Positions 38,536 to 51,929 of a stretch of DNA of 64,000 nucleotides are shown piece by piece. Each line of letters starts with the position of its first letter. The first letter of the stretch is position 1. A model generated the notes under the pieces. That model saw only the letters and a list, made by a program, of their open reading frames with translations. It searched no databases and was not told the origin of the DNA. The stretch comes from Octopus sinensis (taxonomy: Eukaryota). The stretch is from contig NC_043004.1 in the NCBI RefSeq assembly GCF_006345805.1, forward strand, positions 89,280,001 through 89,344,000, in the 5' to 3' direction. The translations under genes were made by a program, and so were the position numbers.

Positions 38536-40579
38536 TTTGTTTGTCACACCCCACCCTTCACTTGACAAACTGTGTTGGTTTATTTATGTTTGTGTGAGTT
38601 AGCAGTTCAGCAAAAAAGACCAATAAAATAAATACCAAACTTTAAAAAAATAAATATTGGGGTCAATTTGTCCAACTGAACCCTTCAAAGCAGGCCCCAG
38701 ATGAACCTCACAAATCTGGAACCCACTACCCAGCAGCTTCTATGGTTTCTGATGGCGATTTGAATCTGACAGTCATTACTTTGCCCATTGGCCGTTTGAC
38801 CGCCTGCAGTACCGCATAATGTGTAATTGCCAATGTCCACCACAGCTGACTTATGGTACTTGTTGCTGCTATATGACTGGACTCTCTCATCACTTCAAGA
38901 AATGAGGTTTGAGCAAGACACAGCTGAGACAAAACAGCTATCACCTTATGACCGACTCATGCAGGGTCAAGGCTGAAGATTTCCAGTAGTATCGTCTGCC
39001 TGTCCCTATCATCCTCTTCCCTATTGCCTCTGGACTTATGAAGAAAGTATGATGATGTTGGTACTGGTGTCTTGGTTTATAGAACAGCCAGCATGATGGA
39101 TAATTATTATAAGTAGACTGGTTTGTGCAGAGCCAGTCCCACTTTCATGTCCTTCATTCAGTTTCCGCCTACCAAATCCACTCACTAGGCCTTGGTTGGC
39201 CCGTGGCTATAGTAGAAGACACTTGCCCAAGGTGCCATGCAGTGGGACTGAACCCGGAACCATGTGGTTGGTAAGCAAGCTACTTACCACTTCCCAAATA
39301 AATTGAAACAAAGGCAGTTTATTTTGTATTTTGACAGAAATATGGCTATAAAAGGTTTAAAAAAGGAACCATATTAAAACCCTATCAATCCAGGATTGTG
39401 AGATCCAGGATTTTGAGGAATACGGAATCACCTCTGAGCCAAGGTATTACTGCTCTGACACAGAGCAGAAATACCCACCAAAGTCCCAGCTATGGCTTAA
39501 TTAGCATTGCACATGATTACTTTTAGAAGACGGTCAGTCACAGATAAATCTGTAAAGGTACAGATATTACCCATTTTTACAGATGTTTCACCATTGAATA
39601 CGCATACTAAGTAACCAAGGAAACAGCAAAAGTGATTACAATGCAGTAAAATATCTTCTTCTTAATCCTTTTTGCCCCTTGTGGAGCATAGGGCCGGTTT
39701 CCCAGTTTCCTTGGCATTTAGGTTCCCCACCTGGATGGTACACTGGTCCGTCACAGGTGAGCTGCAAGATGCAGGAGGAAAGAGTGAGAGAAAGTTGTGG
39801 CAAAAGAGTCAGCAGAAGTTCGCCATTGCCTTCTGCCGGAGCCGCGTGGAGCTTAGGTGTTTCACTCATAAACACACACATCGCCCGGTCTGAGATTCAA
39901 ACCCATGATCCCTCGACTGTGAATCCACTGCTCTAACCACTAAGCCATGTGCCTCCACACAGGAAAATATAGACATATAATATTAACTCTTGTTATGAAA
40001 GAAGGTGTCATAACTGGAAAAAACAAGAACGTGATGCTTCAGTGAGAACTTTGTGGGCAGAGAATATGATGTAGGTTCATTAAGTAGGTATATGCATTTT
40101 TTTGCCATTTTTCACCAAAGCTTCACAGGTTTGGAAAATCTGCAGCTGTTATAGTTATTCCTGTTCTTGTTGTTGCTAAAATTTCACACACACACACACA
40201 CACACATACATGAATATATACTGCCTCCTTTATTGTAGTTGCCATTTTTCACCAAAGCTTCTCAGGTTTGGAAAATCTGCAGCTGTTTTAGTTAATCTTA
40301 TTCTTGTTGTTGCTACTGTTTCAAACACACGCACACACACATGCATACATATGCACATACATGTATGTATACATCCTTTATTGTTTTGTGCAAGCTATTT
40401 TGTTTTTGCCCTTTTCTTATTACACTCTGAATTGGCCAGTTGTCTGTTGCAGATATGGTAATACACAGGATGTTTGGGCTAAATTTGACAGTTTGTATAA
40501 AAAGAAAAAGAAAACACAATATTCCATAAAAAAAAAAATATTAAAAAAAAATATCTATTTGATTATGACTAAGAAATAA

Positions 40580-41130
40580 CAATTTACTCAATGTAGTCAC
40601 CCTCATCTTCCACCAAAGACTCAAGTCATCTCTGGAACTAGGCCCATACGTTCCTCATTGTGTCCCTGGGAAGATCTTCAAAAACCTCATTGATCTTGGC
40701 CACCTGCTCAGCCTTGGTATTGCAGACAGAGTGTCTGGTGTCTTTCTCAACCATTCTCCATACATAGTAATACTTAGGATTAGAATTGGAGGAATTAGGA
40801 TGCCAGCTTCTGACACTTGCCAGAGGTATGGCAAGGAAGTGAACCCTGCTGCCATACATATGGCCTTCCAGCAGCAACTCGCTCCAGCCAGAGATTGACC
40901 ACAGTGTCCAGCAGCTTTACATAGCCATCTGAATTGAGCTTAAGTCCCCGTTCAAAGATGTGAGTATGAATTCTGGTGTGCAGACACAGCCAAAATGCCT
41001 GCTGTGTCCCTTCAAGCTGGCCACACCTTAGTGGTCCCTATTGCAGCTGTCCATGTATGTCTTTCAGCCTTTACAATGTTCACAGAGCATCGAACAACAG
41101 TCATGATGTCGGCATTTTGATACCCAGCAC
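40580..41130 (-). mobile_element. Tc1/mariner transposase relic
   Basis: WHPNSSNSNPKYYYVW is a degenerate WPPNSPDxNPLDYxVW motif, followed by the typical C-terminal helices. Confidence 0.7.
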
Positions 41131-41231
41131 AAATCATAATGATACAGGAAAGTCTTTCCCAATATTCAGATGGCTTCTGGCATGGCTTCCCAGTCCTCCA
41201 TGTCTACTAACTTATTTTCAATTCCAACTTT

Positions 41232-41645
41232 AATTATTTACATTCGACGGATATTTGTCCTCATCTTGTTTTTTGTTAACACATTTTGGCTGATATACCC
41301 TCCAGCCTTCTTGGGGAAATTTCAAACCTGGGTTCTCATCCCTAAGGTATTTTTCAGTGTTGTTGTTGTTGTTGTTTGAACTCGGACATGCAGTCTTTAG
41401 TCATATTCTCTTCTATTGGTGGTTTTACTCGAAGGAGATATTTGCAAAGTGTTGTATTACTCTTGAATACTCTCCTGATGTCATATGGGCCACATATCTT
41501 TTGTATCTTTTTGGAGGGGCCTTTCACATAGGGTAGACAGACTGTGGGCAGTTTTTTGGCCTCATCTTCTCTCTTCTTCATAATTGGAGTAGATAGTATC
41601 CAACTTTAATCTTTATGCTCTCCAACAGCATTGGCTGTTCACCAA
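41232..41645 (-). mobile_element. Penelope-like retroelement fragment (RT thumb/linker) fused to the HHR-like SINE tail
   Basis: LPTVCLPYVKGPSKKIQKICGPYDIRRVFKSNTTLCKYLLRVKPPIE fits the PLE LPY..G.S..I...VFK...TL...L...K linker upstream of GIY-YIG. 41232-41385 matches the tail at about 1320-1470. Confidence 0.75.
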
Positions 41646-43194
41646 TACAACACTTGCCCAAGGTGCCACACAGTGGGACTGAACCCAGAACCATGTGGTT
41701 AGTAAGCAAGCTACTTACCACACAGCCACTCTTGCGCCTATTCCTGAAAAAAAAGGAAACATAAAACATTATCAAATTTAGCCCAGACACCTTGTATGTC
41801 ACTGTTGTTATTGTTTTGTAGACAAACTCCAGGTAAACTTTGATCAAGCACATATATGATAAAAGGTCTTCTTACAAACTCTGACATCAACCATAAATGT
41901 TGCTCTCAATCTTCCAAGTCATTAAAAAAATAGTAAAAAAAAACAACAAACTTCTTTCTCAGAGCTAATATTGAATTATTTTATGACATGACCACTACCG
42001 AGTAAGATCAAGTAATCACATAATATTTTATCAATCAAGAACTACTATTACGATGGATTATAGTTGTTATCATTTATCAAGAGGATCAATGAACAAGTGG
42101 CTAAGATATCGATAGTTGACTAGTAGGGATATGATACAGCCTTCAACACCCACTACTGTCTACAAAGTCGATTGTCCTGTCTTTCAGCTCAGACATTCTG
42201 TACCTGGGAATCTAGGAATACATTATTCAAAATGTCCTTTAATTCTTTTTTCTGTAAGATGGTTGGAAGTGATTTGAAGATTTGGTTGCTATTTTTAGCA
42301 TATCCAGTAACCACATAGAGAAGCCCTCATTGTCCTTTCATCTTTTTTCGTTTTTATTTTTGTAAAATTGTAGGAAATGATGATTTGAAGAAGATTTGGC
42401 TGCTATTCTTTGTAGGTCCAGTAATAATATAGAGATGCCCTTATTGGCTTGACGGGGATAAGTGGGTGTAGATTGATAAGGTTTTAATATGGTTCCTATT
42501 TTAAACCTTTTATAGCCATATTTCTGTCAAAATACAAAATAATCTGCCTTTGTTTCAATTTATTTGGGAAGTGGTAAGTAGCTTGCTTACCAACCACATG
42601 GTTCCAGGTTCAGTCTCACTGCGTGGCACCTTGGGCAAGTGTCTTCTACTATAGCCTCGGGCCAACCAAAGCCTTGTGAGTGGATTTGGTAGACGGAAAC
42701 TGAAAGAAGCCCGTCGTATATATGTATATGTGTGTGTGTTTGTGTGTCGGTGTTTACCCCTCCCCCACATCACTTGACAACCGATGCTGGTGTGTTTATG
42801 TCCCTGTAAAAGAACAGAAAATTATTATATAATAGATAATGTAGTCTTAGATGTGAAATGCCCAAGAGAAGATCAAAATGGGATGGTCATAATTGGAACA
42901 TCTATAATCATAAGTTTGCTGGATCATAGCTGACCTGGGATTAAACATCAACAAGGAAAAACTCATTAGATACACTTTGTCTGAATAAAAGGTGGGATGG
43001 TCATAGCTGGAACATCTTTGATTATAGGTATGCTGGATCATAGCTTACCTGGGATTAAACAAGAACAAGGAGTAAACATTAGATTATGTACTTCAAGATA
43101 CACTTAGTCTGAATTAAAGATGAGATGGTCATAGCTGGAACATTTTTAATCACAGCCATGCTGGATCAGGGCTAATCTTGGACTAAGCAGGAGT

Positions 43195-43560
43195 GCTTAC
43201 TGACCACATGGTTCAGGGTTCAGTCCCACTGCGTGGCATCTTGGGCAAATGTCTTCTACTATAGCCTCGGGTCGACCAAAGCCTTGCGAGTGGATTTGGT
43301 AGATGGAAACTGAAAGAAGCCCATCGCATGTGCGTGCAAGTGTGTGTGTGTATATGTTTGTTTGTCTGTGTTTGCGCCCCTCCCATCGCCTTATATTGTG
43401 TGTTTATGTCCCCGTAACTTAGCGATTTGGCAAAAGAGAACGATAGAATAAGTACTAGGCTTATAAAGAATAAGTCCTTGGGTCAATTTGTTCAACTAAA
43501 GGCAGTGCTCCAGCATGGCCACAGTGAAATGACTGAAACAAATAAAAGAATAAAAGAATA
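43195..43560 (+). mobile_element. SINE family A
   Basis: Match to the 29752 copy. A more diverged copy follows at about 43875-44320. Confidence 0.75.
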
Positions 43561-44389
43561 AGCAACAACAAAGGTGAACACATTGGACAATATAGTCCTA
43601 GATACACTTTGTCTGAATAAAAAGCTAGGAGATAGTCATAGCTAAAACATCTTTAATCATGAGTCAGTTCAGTCAAGACTGACCTTCACCTCACCACCAG
43701 CAACAACAATAACCACTACTATAACTACTACTACTACTATTACCGTCACCACCACTATCACTGTTGCTACTACTACTGCTGCTGCTGCTCCTTGATAATA
43801 CTCTCTAAGTACTTAAAAGACAGATAAAAAGTTAAGATATGTTACTTTTGTAACTGATAGGTAAGTTGCTTACAGTATTATGGGATTATTATAGGTAGAT
43901 GTGCGGCTGTGTAGTTAAGAAGTTCACTTCGCAACCAAATGGTTCCAGGTTCAGTCCCACTGCATGAAACATTGGGCAAGTTTTTTTCTTTTTTCTACTG
44001 TAGTTCCAGACTGACCAAAGGCTTGCAAGTGGATTTGGTAGAAGAAGACTCAAAGAATCCTGTTTTGTGTGTGTGTGTCTATAAGTGTATATGCATGTGC
44101 GTGTTAATTTTTTGCCCCTGTCATCACCACCTGACAACCGGTGTTGGTTTGTTTATGTCCCTGTAACTTGGCAGCTGGGCAAAAGAAATTGACGGAGTAA
44201 GTGCCACACTTTAAAATAAGTAATGGGGGGTTGATTTGTTTGAATAAAATCCTTCAAGACGGTGCTCCAGCATGGCCACAGTCCAGTGACTGAAACAAGT
44301 AAAAAATAAAACATAAAGATATGACAAACAATAAAAGAAAACACAAATAAATAAATAAATAAATAAATAAACAACAAAATTTATTTCAG

Positions 44390-44474
44390 GATGAGAAGAA
44401 ATATGCAATTTGTCAAGGAATTAAAGAGGATCTGAAACGCCGACTCAAACATTATATGTCTGATTACAAAGATG
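44390..44474 (+). CDS. SLC4A11: SLC4A11-like exon (helix preceding TM1)
   Basis: tttcAG acceptor, GTAAGA donor at 44475. DEKKYAICQGIKEDLKRRLKHYMSDYKD(G) carries the SLC4 G..ED..RR...Y.SD..DG motif. Phase 0 in, phase 1 out. Confidence 0.93.
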
Positions 44475-44965
44475 GTAAGAATCCCTTTGTGATTTTTTTA
44501 AACAAATAATCATAGTTTATGGAGGCAGGTTTTATGACACTGGGGTTAATAATTTTGCTTTATAACCACATGGTACCCAGGGGTTTCATTTCACTGTATA
44601 GGCGCAGCTAGAGATTTGTGAGAGAAATTTGGTACCTAAATAAAAAAGGTGCTGCAAGCCCACCCAGTGGATCTGTGTGTGTGGATATATATATGTGTGT
44701 GTGTGTGTGTGTGCATAGGTGGGAGTGCTGAGCTCCCTGTTCAAAAATATGAGGACATAGATAGTGTGTCATATAGCCAGTTACAAACGATGTTTCTTGG
44801 GGCTAAAACAATAGTAACATCGTCCCTTTCAGGACAGCTGCATTATGTTGGCAAACAGCCTTTACTTTAAACTGTTACTGAATGTCTCTCTTTGAGAGAT
44901 TTAGAAATAATAATATTTATATATATATATATATGTATATGAATGACTCTCCCCAGACACAACAT

Positions 44966-44997
<32 letters not shown>

Positions 44998-45320
44998 CGT
45001 GGTTAGAGTGTCAAGCTTATGATCATGAGGTTGTGAGTTCGATTCCCGGACCAGGCTGTGTGTTGTGTTCTTGAGCAAGACACTTTATTTTACATTGCTC
45101 CAGTTCACTCAGCTGTAGAAATGAGTTGCAATGTCACTGGTGCCAAGCTGTATCGGTCCCTTTGCCTTTCCCTTGGATAACACTGCTGGTGTGGAGAGTG
45201 GTGACCGGTAAGCATGGGCGACTGCTGGTCTTCCATAAACATCCTTGCCCGGACTTGTGCCTGGGAGGGTAACTTTCTAGGTGCAATCCCAAGGTCAGTT
45301 ATGACTGAAGGGGGTCTCAG
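44998..45320 (+). mobile_element. tRNA-derived SINE family C
   Basis: GTGGTTAGAGTGTC...GAGTTCGATTCCC (B box)...TTCTTGAGCAAGACACTT. Inverted relative at 53285-53625. Confidence 0.7.
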
Positions 45321-45364
45321 ATATACACATATATCAATATATATATATATATATATATAGTATA

Positions 45365-46232
45365 AATGAGTGACATCAAAAGGTTCCCAGACAAGCTATG
45401 CTAAATAAAAACTAACTGATTTACCTAAGTTTTAACATCATCTCCTACAAAATAGACACCTTGTACAGCATTACACCAGTCCCAGCATTCCTGTCACTTT
45501 TAGAACCCAGCCTGGAAGTTGTTTTCATTAAGTAAGTTGAGAACCTTCTGTGATTCACTCTGGATCTTAACAACGGTGTTAAAATGGTGACCTTTGAGCT
45601 GCTTTTTCATCTTGGAGAAGAGATAAAAGTCCACAGGTGCTGAATCTGGGGAAGAGAGCAAGAGCAGAAGCAATACCATGTTGTTTTTGACAAGAAAGTC
45701 ATGAGTGAGAAACGCTTGGTGACAGGAAGCATTATCGTCATGAAGAACCCAATTCTTCGCACTCAGCAGATCCAGTCATTTTCACTGAAAGTCCTCCAAC
45801 GATTCTCATTCACAAACTGATGAATTTTTCTCCACATTTCTAGGAATGACACTCATGGTAGGTCTTCCAGATAGCTCATCGTCTCCAAGGGACTTTCTTC
45901 CACTTTTGATGCACCTGTGCCACAAGAAACATTACATATAACACATTGACTCATCACTGTAAGCTTGCCAAAGCATGCTCAGTGTAGCAGACTTCCCAAG
46001 TTTAACACAAAATTTCATGTTGGTTCTTTGTTCCTGTCCATGACAAAATTGCAGAGTACAGCATACATGTGATCACAAAGACACTAATTTCACAACTTAT
46101 GAAGTAAACACAGCAATGCCACTCAACACACTTCCTCATGAAGGTTATTACAAGCTCTCACAGTGCATACAATTGTGTGCTGCCATTGGTTTGTGCGCTA
46201 CACAGCTAGTCCAGAACTTTTTATACCACCTT
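45365..46232 (-). mobile_element. Decayed mariner-like element
   Basis: Imperfect TIRs (catcaaaaggttcccagac / gtccagaactttttatacc). Internal segment repeated at about 48200-48310. Confidence 0.5.
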
Positions 46233-46950
46233 CTACATACATACACATAACATTTGCATGTGGGTGTGCTTGTGAGTAAGAAAGCAAGCTGGCAGAAACG
46301 TTAGCACACTGGGCGAAATGCTTAGCGGTATTTCGTCTGCTGCTACGTTCTGAATTCAAATAATGCCAAGATCGAGTTTGCCTTTCATCCTTTCAGGGTC
46401 GATTAAATAAATACCAGTTACGCACTGGGGTTGATATAATCGACTTAATCCATTTGTCTGTCTTGTTTATCCTCTCTGTGTTTAGCCCCTTGTGGGTAGT
46501 AAAGAAATAAGATTGTGTATGTGTGTGTTGATAGTTTGACTCAATTTCTCATACTTGATTTTTCATAGACACTTATAATTTTATATCTACAAAATGTCAA
46601 GGAATGCATAACTTAGTCAGACTGGTAATCTATATATTATTAACTTCAACAATATGTGTTGAAGTTAACAACACTTTTTTTTTCTCGCCATTCATTTATA
46701 CACCTGACATGTTACAGTCTTATTAGACTTTTTCAGTGAAATACAAACTTTATTGTACTCATCAAAGAAGGGATGAAAGAATTAATTACCAAGCAGATAT
46801 AGAACATTGTATACATGTCAATAAAGAAAATTAGCATATGCAAATAGATGACAGCATGTCAGATAAATATTAGATTGTTGTACCAAGAGAAGCTGATAAT
46901 ATATTAGGTATATATTTCTGGGAAAATGTCTTGTTTGTTTATTGATTCAG

Positions 46951-47073
46951 GTTTAAATGGAAAAAAGGCCCTTCGGAAAGTTGTTCCAGCTTCCCTTTTC
47001 CTGTATTTTGCTTGTATTCTTCCAAATGTTGCATATGGAATGATAATCAGCAATGATACGCATGGAGCAATAG
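46951..47073 (+). CDS. SLC4A11: SLC4A11-like exon (TM1)
   Basis: ttcAG acceptor, GTAAGA donor at 47074. (G)LNGKKALRKVVPASLFLYFACILPNVAYGMIISNDTHGAI resembles LFLYFACLLPTIAFG. Phase 1/1. Confidence 0.95.
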
Positions 47074-47740
47074 GTAAGAATAAAAATATTTAATAACATC
47101 GCAACATTCGTATTTTGAAAATGAATAAATTTTTACGTTAAATTCTAAATGTTAGTGTTCAGTTTTAATAAACTTTTTCCTGCATGTAATGGAAATTCTC
47201 TCAAGTGCCATTTTTGATGGCATAAAAGAGAGCTTTCATAAAATTATTATTCAAATCCCATCAGATCAACTTTGCTTTCGTCTCTCAGGGGTCAAAATAA
47301 AGTACCACCCAAATACCGGAGTCAATGGCACCAACTCCTCCCCTTGAAATGCAGAATCTGTGCCTAAATCAAAAACCATTATTATTATCATAAGGCAGTG
47401 AGAAGACAGATTCGTTAACTCGCCAGGCAAAAAGTGGTGCTCCAGCATGGCCACAGTCAAATGACTGAAACAAGTAAAAGAGTAAAAGAGTATATATCAG
47501 ACAGAACACACGAAACCCCAATCAATGCAAGGACTGACTGGGTTATTTTCTTTCCATTTGTAATTTATTTTATATAAGTAAAAAGAAATCTTGTTGCTTC
47601 TTGGTTATATAAATTGGCATTTATTAAATTGTAATCATATTTGTCTGTTTATTTTCTTCATCAATCAATCTATCTCTCTTTCTTTATTTCTCTTTCTGTC
47701 TCTTCTTCTATCTCTCTTTCTCTCCCATTGTCTCCATCAG

Positions 47741-47854
47741 ATATACAACACGTATTATTGGGTCAGTTTTTGGCTGGTATTCTCTTTAGTTTGATAGGAG
47801 GTCAAACCATGAACATATTGTTAACTACAGCACCACTGACATTATTCACCAGAG
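47741..47854 (+). CDS. SLC4A11: SLC4A11-like exon (TM2-TM3)
   Basis: CT-rich tract and atcAG, GTAAGT donor at 47855. (D)IQHVLLGQFLAGILFSLIGGQTMNILLTTAPLTLFTR contains the SLC4A11-type ILLTTAPL motif. Phase 1/1. Confidence 0.95.
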
Positions 47855-48880
47855 GTAAGTGGCTTTAGTTCAATAGATGCAGGTATAGACACACACACTG
47901 ATAGCACATCATCATCATCATAATCATCATGTTGAAGCAAACTTTTCTACAGTTGGATGTCCCTTCTGTTGCCAACCCCCACCTCTTTCCCAAGTAAAGT
48001 AATATTTTCCCAATATGGATTGTCATCATCATCATCATCATTTAACATCCACTTTTCCATGCTTGTATAGGTCAGGCAAAATCTGTCTCAGCAGACTTTA
48101 TACATCTGGATGCCATTCCTGTCACCAACCCTTACTTATGTCTAAGCAAGTTACATTTTCCCACACTTAGACATGTCTCTCATGGAAGACTACAATACAC
48201 CAGTCCCAGTGTTCCTACCACTTTTGGAACCCTACCTGGAGGTTGTTTTCCATAAGTTGAGAAACTTCTGTGATTTGCTCTGGATCTCAATGACAATGTT
48301 AAAACAACATCATTTGTATGATGATAGATAAACTCATTTACATCCATCATATGATGTCTACACAAGAGTATACACCAATACACACACACACATATTGAAC
48401 ATGGTTATTCCATATCACTCTGTAAGGAGCACAGAACCAGTTTCCTGGTTTCTCTGGTGAACATATCCCTCCCTGGATGGGATGCCAGTCCATTGCTGGA
48501 TTACTCATTTTTCCCAGTTGAGTGGACGGAAGCAGCATGAAATGAAGTGTTTTGCTCAAAACACAATGCGTTGCCCAGTCCAGTCCAGGGATTGAAACCA
48601 CAATTTTGCAATGACAAGTCCAACACCTAACCATTAAGCCAGGTGCCTCCATATATGGGACACAAAGGCAGCGAGCTGGCAGAAATGTTAGCACGCCAGG
48701 TGAAATGCTTAGTGGTATTTCGTCTGTCATTACATTCTGAGTTCAAATTCCACTGAGGTCTTCACCACTTGTAGCTCAGCCTAGGATGGAAACAGTAACA
48801 TTAACCTTTTAACATACACAATTTTTCTCAATTTCTATGCAAAAAATATTTTTTTATTATTTCATTTGGATGTGTATATA

Positions 48881-49262
48881 GGTGTAAGAGTGGCTGTGTG
48901 GTAAGTAGCTTGCTTACCAACCACATGGTCCCAGGTTCAGTCCCACTGCATGGTACCTTGGGCAAATGTGTCTTCTACTATAGCCTCAGGCCGACCAAAG
49001 CCTTGTGAGTGGATTTGGTAGATGGAAACTGAAAGAAGCCCGTCGTATATGTGTGTGTGTACATTTGTCCCTCCAACATCGCTTGACAACTAATGCTGGT
49101 GTGTTTATGTTCCCGTAACTAAGCAGTTTGGCAAAAGAGACCGATAGAATATGTACTAGACTCACAAAGAATGAATCCTGGGGTTGATTTGCTCGACTAA
49201 AGGTGGTGCTCCAGCATGGCCACAGTCAAATGACTGAAACAAGTAAAAGTGTAAAGAGAGTA
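48881..49262 (+). mobile_element. SINE family A
   Basis: Full-length match to the 29752 copy. Confidence 0.8.
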
Positions 49263-49404
49263 AGGAAGAATAAGTACACAAATTATTTTGGCTCAGTTAT
49301 GATTTATTATGAAGTTACTGATAGAAACGATAGAGAATGAGAATAACATCATGGACAAAGTAATAAAAAATGACAAATAGAAATAAATGACAAATACCCC
49401 AGAG

Positions 49405-49835
49405 TAAGTGAACGACACATTGAAACTCCGACGTCTGGCAGTTGACTTGGCAGACACCCATAAAATTATCAACCATCATACAAACAATAACTCTGAGCAC
49501 CTTTCCAACACAAGTGGACATATTTACAAAGTCAGAAAACAGCACAGCTCCCATGACTTTAGGAAACATTTTTTTCACGCTGAGAATTGCTGAAGTATTG
49601 AACAAACTGCCGGCATCAGTTGTTAGTTGTCGGAACACTGCATCCTTCAAAACTTCCATGCTTTCTGAGATTCGCCAACACTACACCTGATTTTCTCCCC
49701 TCCATACACACACAAGCATGTATCTGACTCATGCATTGTTCGCTTTTCAGACATTTGTACATTACTGCATGTGCTTTATATGCACTGTCTGACAAGTTGT
49801 GGTGCACCTGAGCATTGTATACAATAATTTCATTA
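49405..49835 (+). mobile_element. CR1-like LINE 3' end
   Basis: TLKLRRLAVDL..THKII...GHIYK...RKHFF/TLRIAEVLNKLPASVV C-terminal motif plus 3'UTR. Same family at 17060-17300 and 51930-52300. Confidence 0.75.
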
Positions 49836-51378
49836 TATATATATATTTTCATTCAAATATATATTTACTAGACATTTCTGAATGAAAATATATTGGATAA
49901 TATGTTAAGAGGTTAACACACACATAAGTATATATGCATATATACACACATGTATGTGTTTGTACCTCTATGCTTTGATATAGCCATGATATTCTGGTGA
50001 TCTGATGAGCTAGCTTTCTTTATTGGCATTAGTTTGTGAATATACAATTGTTTTGTATTATGCTGAACACACATATTAATACAAACATGTACATATAGTT
50101 TTTGGTATACTGAAATTATTAGTACATGAAAAAGGTTGTGAAATAACTGTAAAGCTATGGAAGTCACATAGTTTAATAAATCTATATTCACCTCTCATAA
50201 CTCCTGACTTCATACTTATATATTTATAGGCGCAGACGTGGGTGTGTGGTAAGTGGCTTGCTTCCAAACCACATGGTTCTGGGTTTAGTCCCATGGTATG
50301 GCACCTTGGGCAAGTGTCTTCTGCTATAATCTAGGGCAAACCAAAGCCTTGTGAGTAGATTTGGTTGATGGAAACTGAAAGAAGCCCATTGTATATCATC
50401 ATCATCATCATCATTTAGCATCCGCTTTCCATGCTAGCATGGGTTGGACGGTTCAACTGGGGTCTAGAATAAGTACTAGGCTTACAAAGAATAAGCCCTG
50501 GGGTCGATTTGTTCAACTAAGATGACTGAAACAAGTAAAAAATATACATATATAAAACCCATGATGGTATCATGTAAAAAGCACCCAGTACACTCTGTTA
50601 AGTGGAAATTGTTTAGAAAGGGCATCCAGCCATAGAACCCAACCATGCCAAAACAAACAACTGGAGCCTGGTGCACCTCTTCAGCTGACCAGCTTCTGTC
50701 AAACCATCCAACCCATGCCAGCATGGAAAATGGATGTTAAGTGATGATGATGATGATGATACAATGAAGAGCAGAAACAAGTAACTCAGTATAGAAACAG
50801 GGTGAAGCCTCATCTTTAAATAAACTCTGTTGCAAATTTTGTATATCTAAATCTGCATGCATGTGTGTGTAGATGTGGTGTATGCAAGAGAATTTTAAAT
50901 AAGGACACCTACTTCTCCAGCGGTAACGCACCCTTCCATGTGGCCCGACCCAAACGCTAAAAATAGCAGCTGCTTTTTCCCTACCTTGACAAAGTGCTCG
51001 CACATCCAGCTCTGTCAGCTACCCCAATCGAAAAAGGCCCAATGCTCCCCTGCCCCTTCCTCTTCCGGTCAGCCCCAAATTCCAGTCAGTTCCCCAGCTG
51101 CTGACATCATCCCACAGTAAATAAATGGAATTTTCTAATCCAGAACAGTTCTTTCCATATACACTAGCCTAAAACTTCACCTATATTCTCACTTTTATTT
51201 AATTTTTACTACAACTGTTTCCATATCTTATATTTTACATATACATGTTAAGTTAGGCTGTATTTTTTATAAATTAAATTTTGCAATATTTTATATATTT
51301 GGTAATCTGCAATGCTTTTAGTCTATTTTCCTATAACTGTTTTCATTATGATATTATTTATATTTTATCTGGTTTCAG

Positions 51379-51511
51379 TTGTAGCCAACATCTGTGACGA
51401 CTTCGGCATTGATTTCCTTGGAATGTTTGCTTGCGTTGGTATTTGGAGTTCAATCTTCCTCATTTCATACTCCATTTTTGGTTTCTGCAACCTCTTGAAA
51501 TGGTCAACCAG
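51379..51511 (+). CDS. SLC4A11: SLC4A11-like exon (TM4 region), last exon detected in the window
   Basis: tttcAG acceptor, GTGTGT donor at 51512. (V)VANICDDFGIDFLGMFACVGIWSSIFLISYSIFGFCNLLKWST(R) resembles [25 protein letters not shown]. Phase 1 in, phase 2 out. Confidence 0.94.
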
Positions 51512-51929
51512 GTGTGTTTTTATCACTCATACTGTACAGATAATGTTTCTACTAAATTAATCTAATATCATGTTTTCAGAAAATATACAAGTTAAAGTTT
51601 TCAGACCAAAATTTACTGCCAAAAAAAAGGTAGGTTGACTTATGCACCAAGACAACTTTGGAGGACCAAAAATTCCATGTGAAATGCAACAGGGTTTGGA
51701 AGAATAATAACAATGTTGGAATATTTAAACTACATGTTTATATTATATTCTATGTTACTTGTATGCCAGAAAATCTAGTAATCATATGATGAGCTAAATA
51801 ATTGTATTTATAGTTTGATACCGAAATGTTTTGAGGCAGAATCTTGACAGAGTTAACTTGTTAATTCTTTTAGTCTATTAATCCCAATGTTTGTAATATA
51901 CTAGCACTTCATCATAATAATAATATAAA

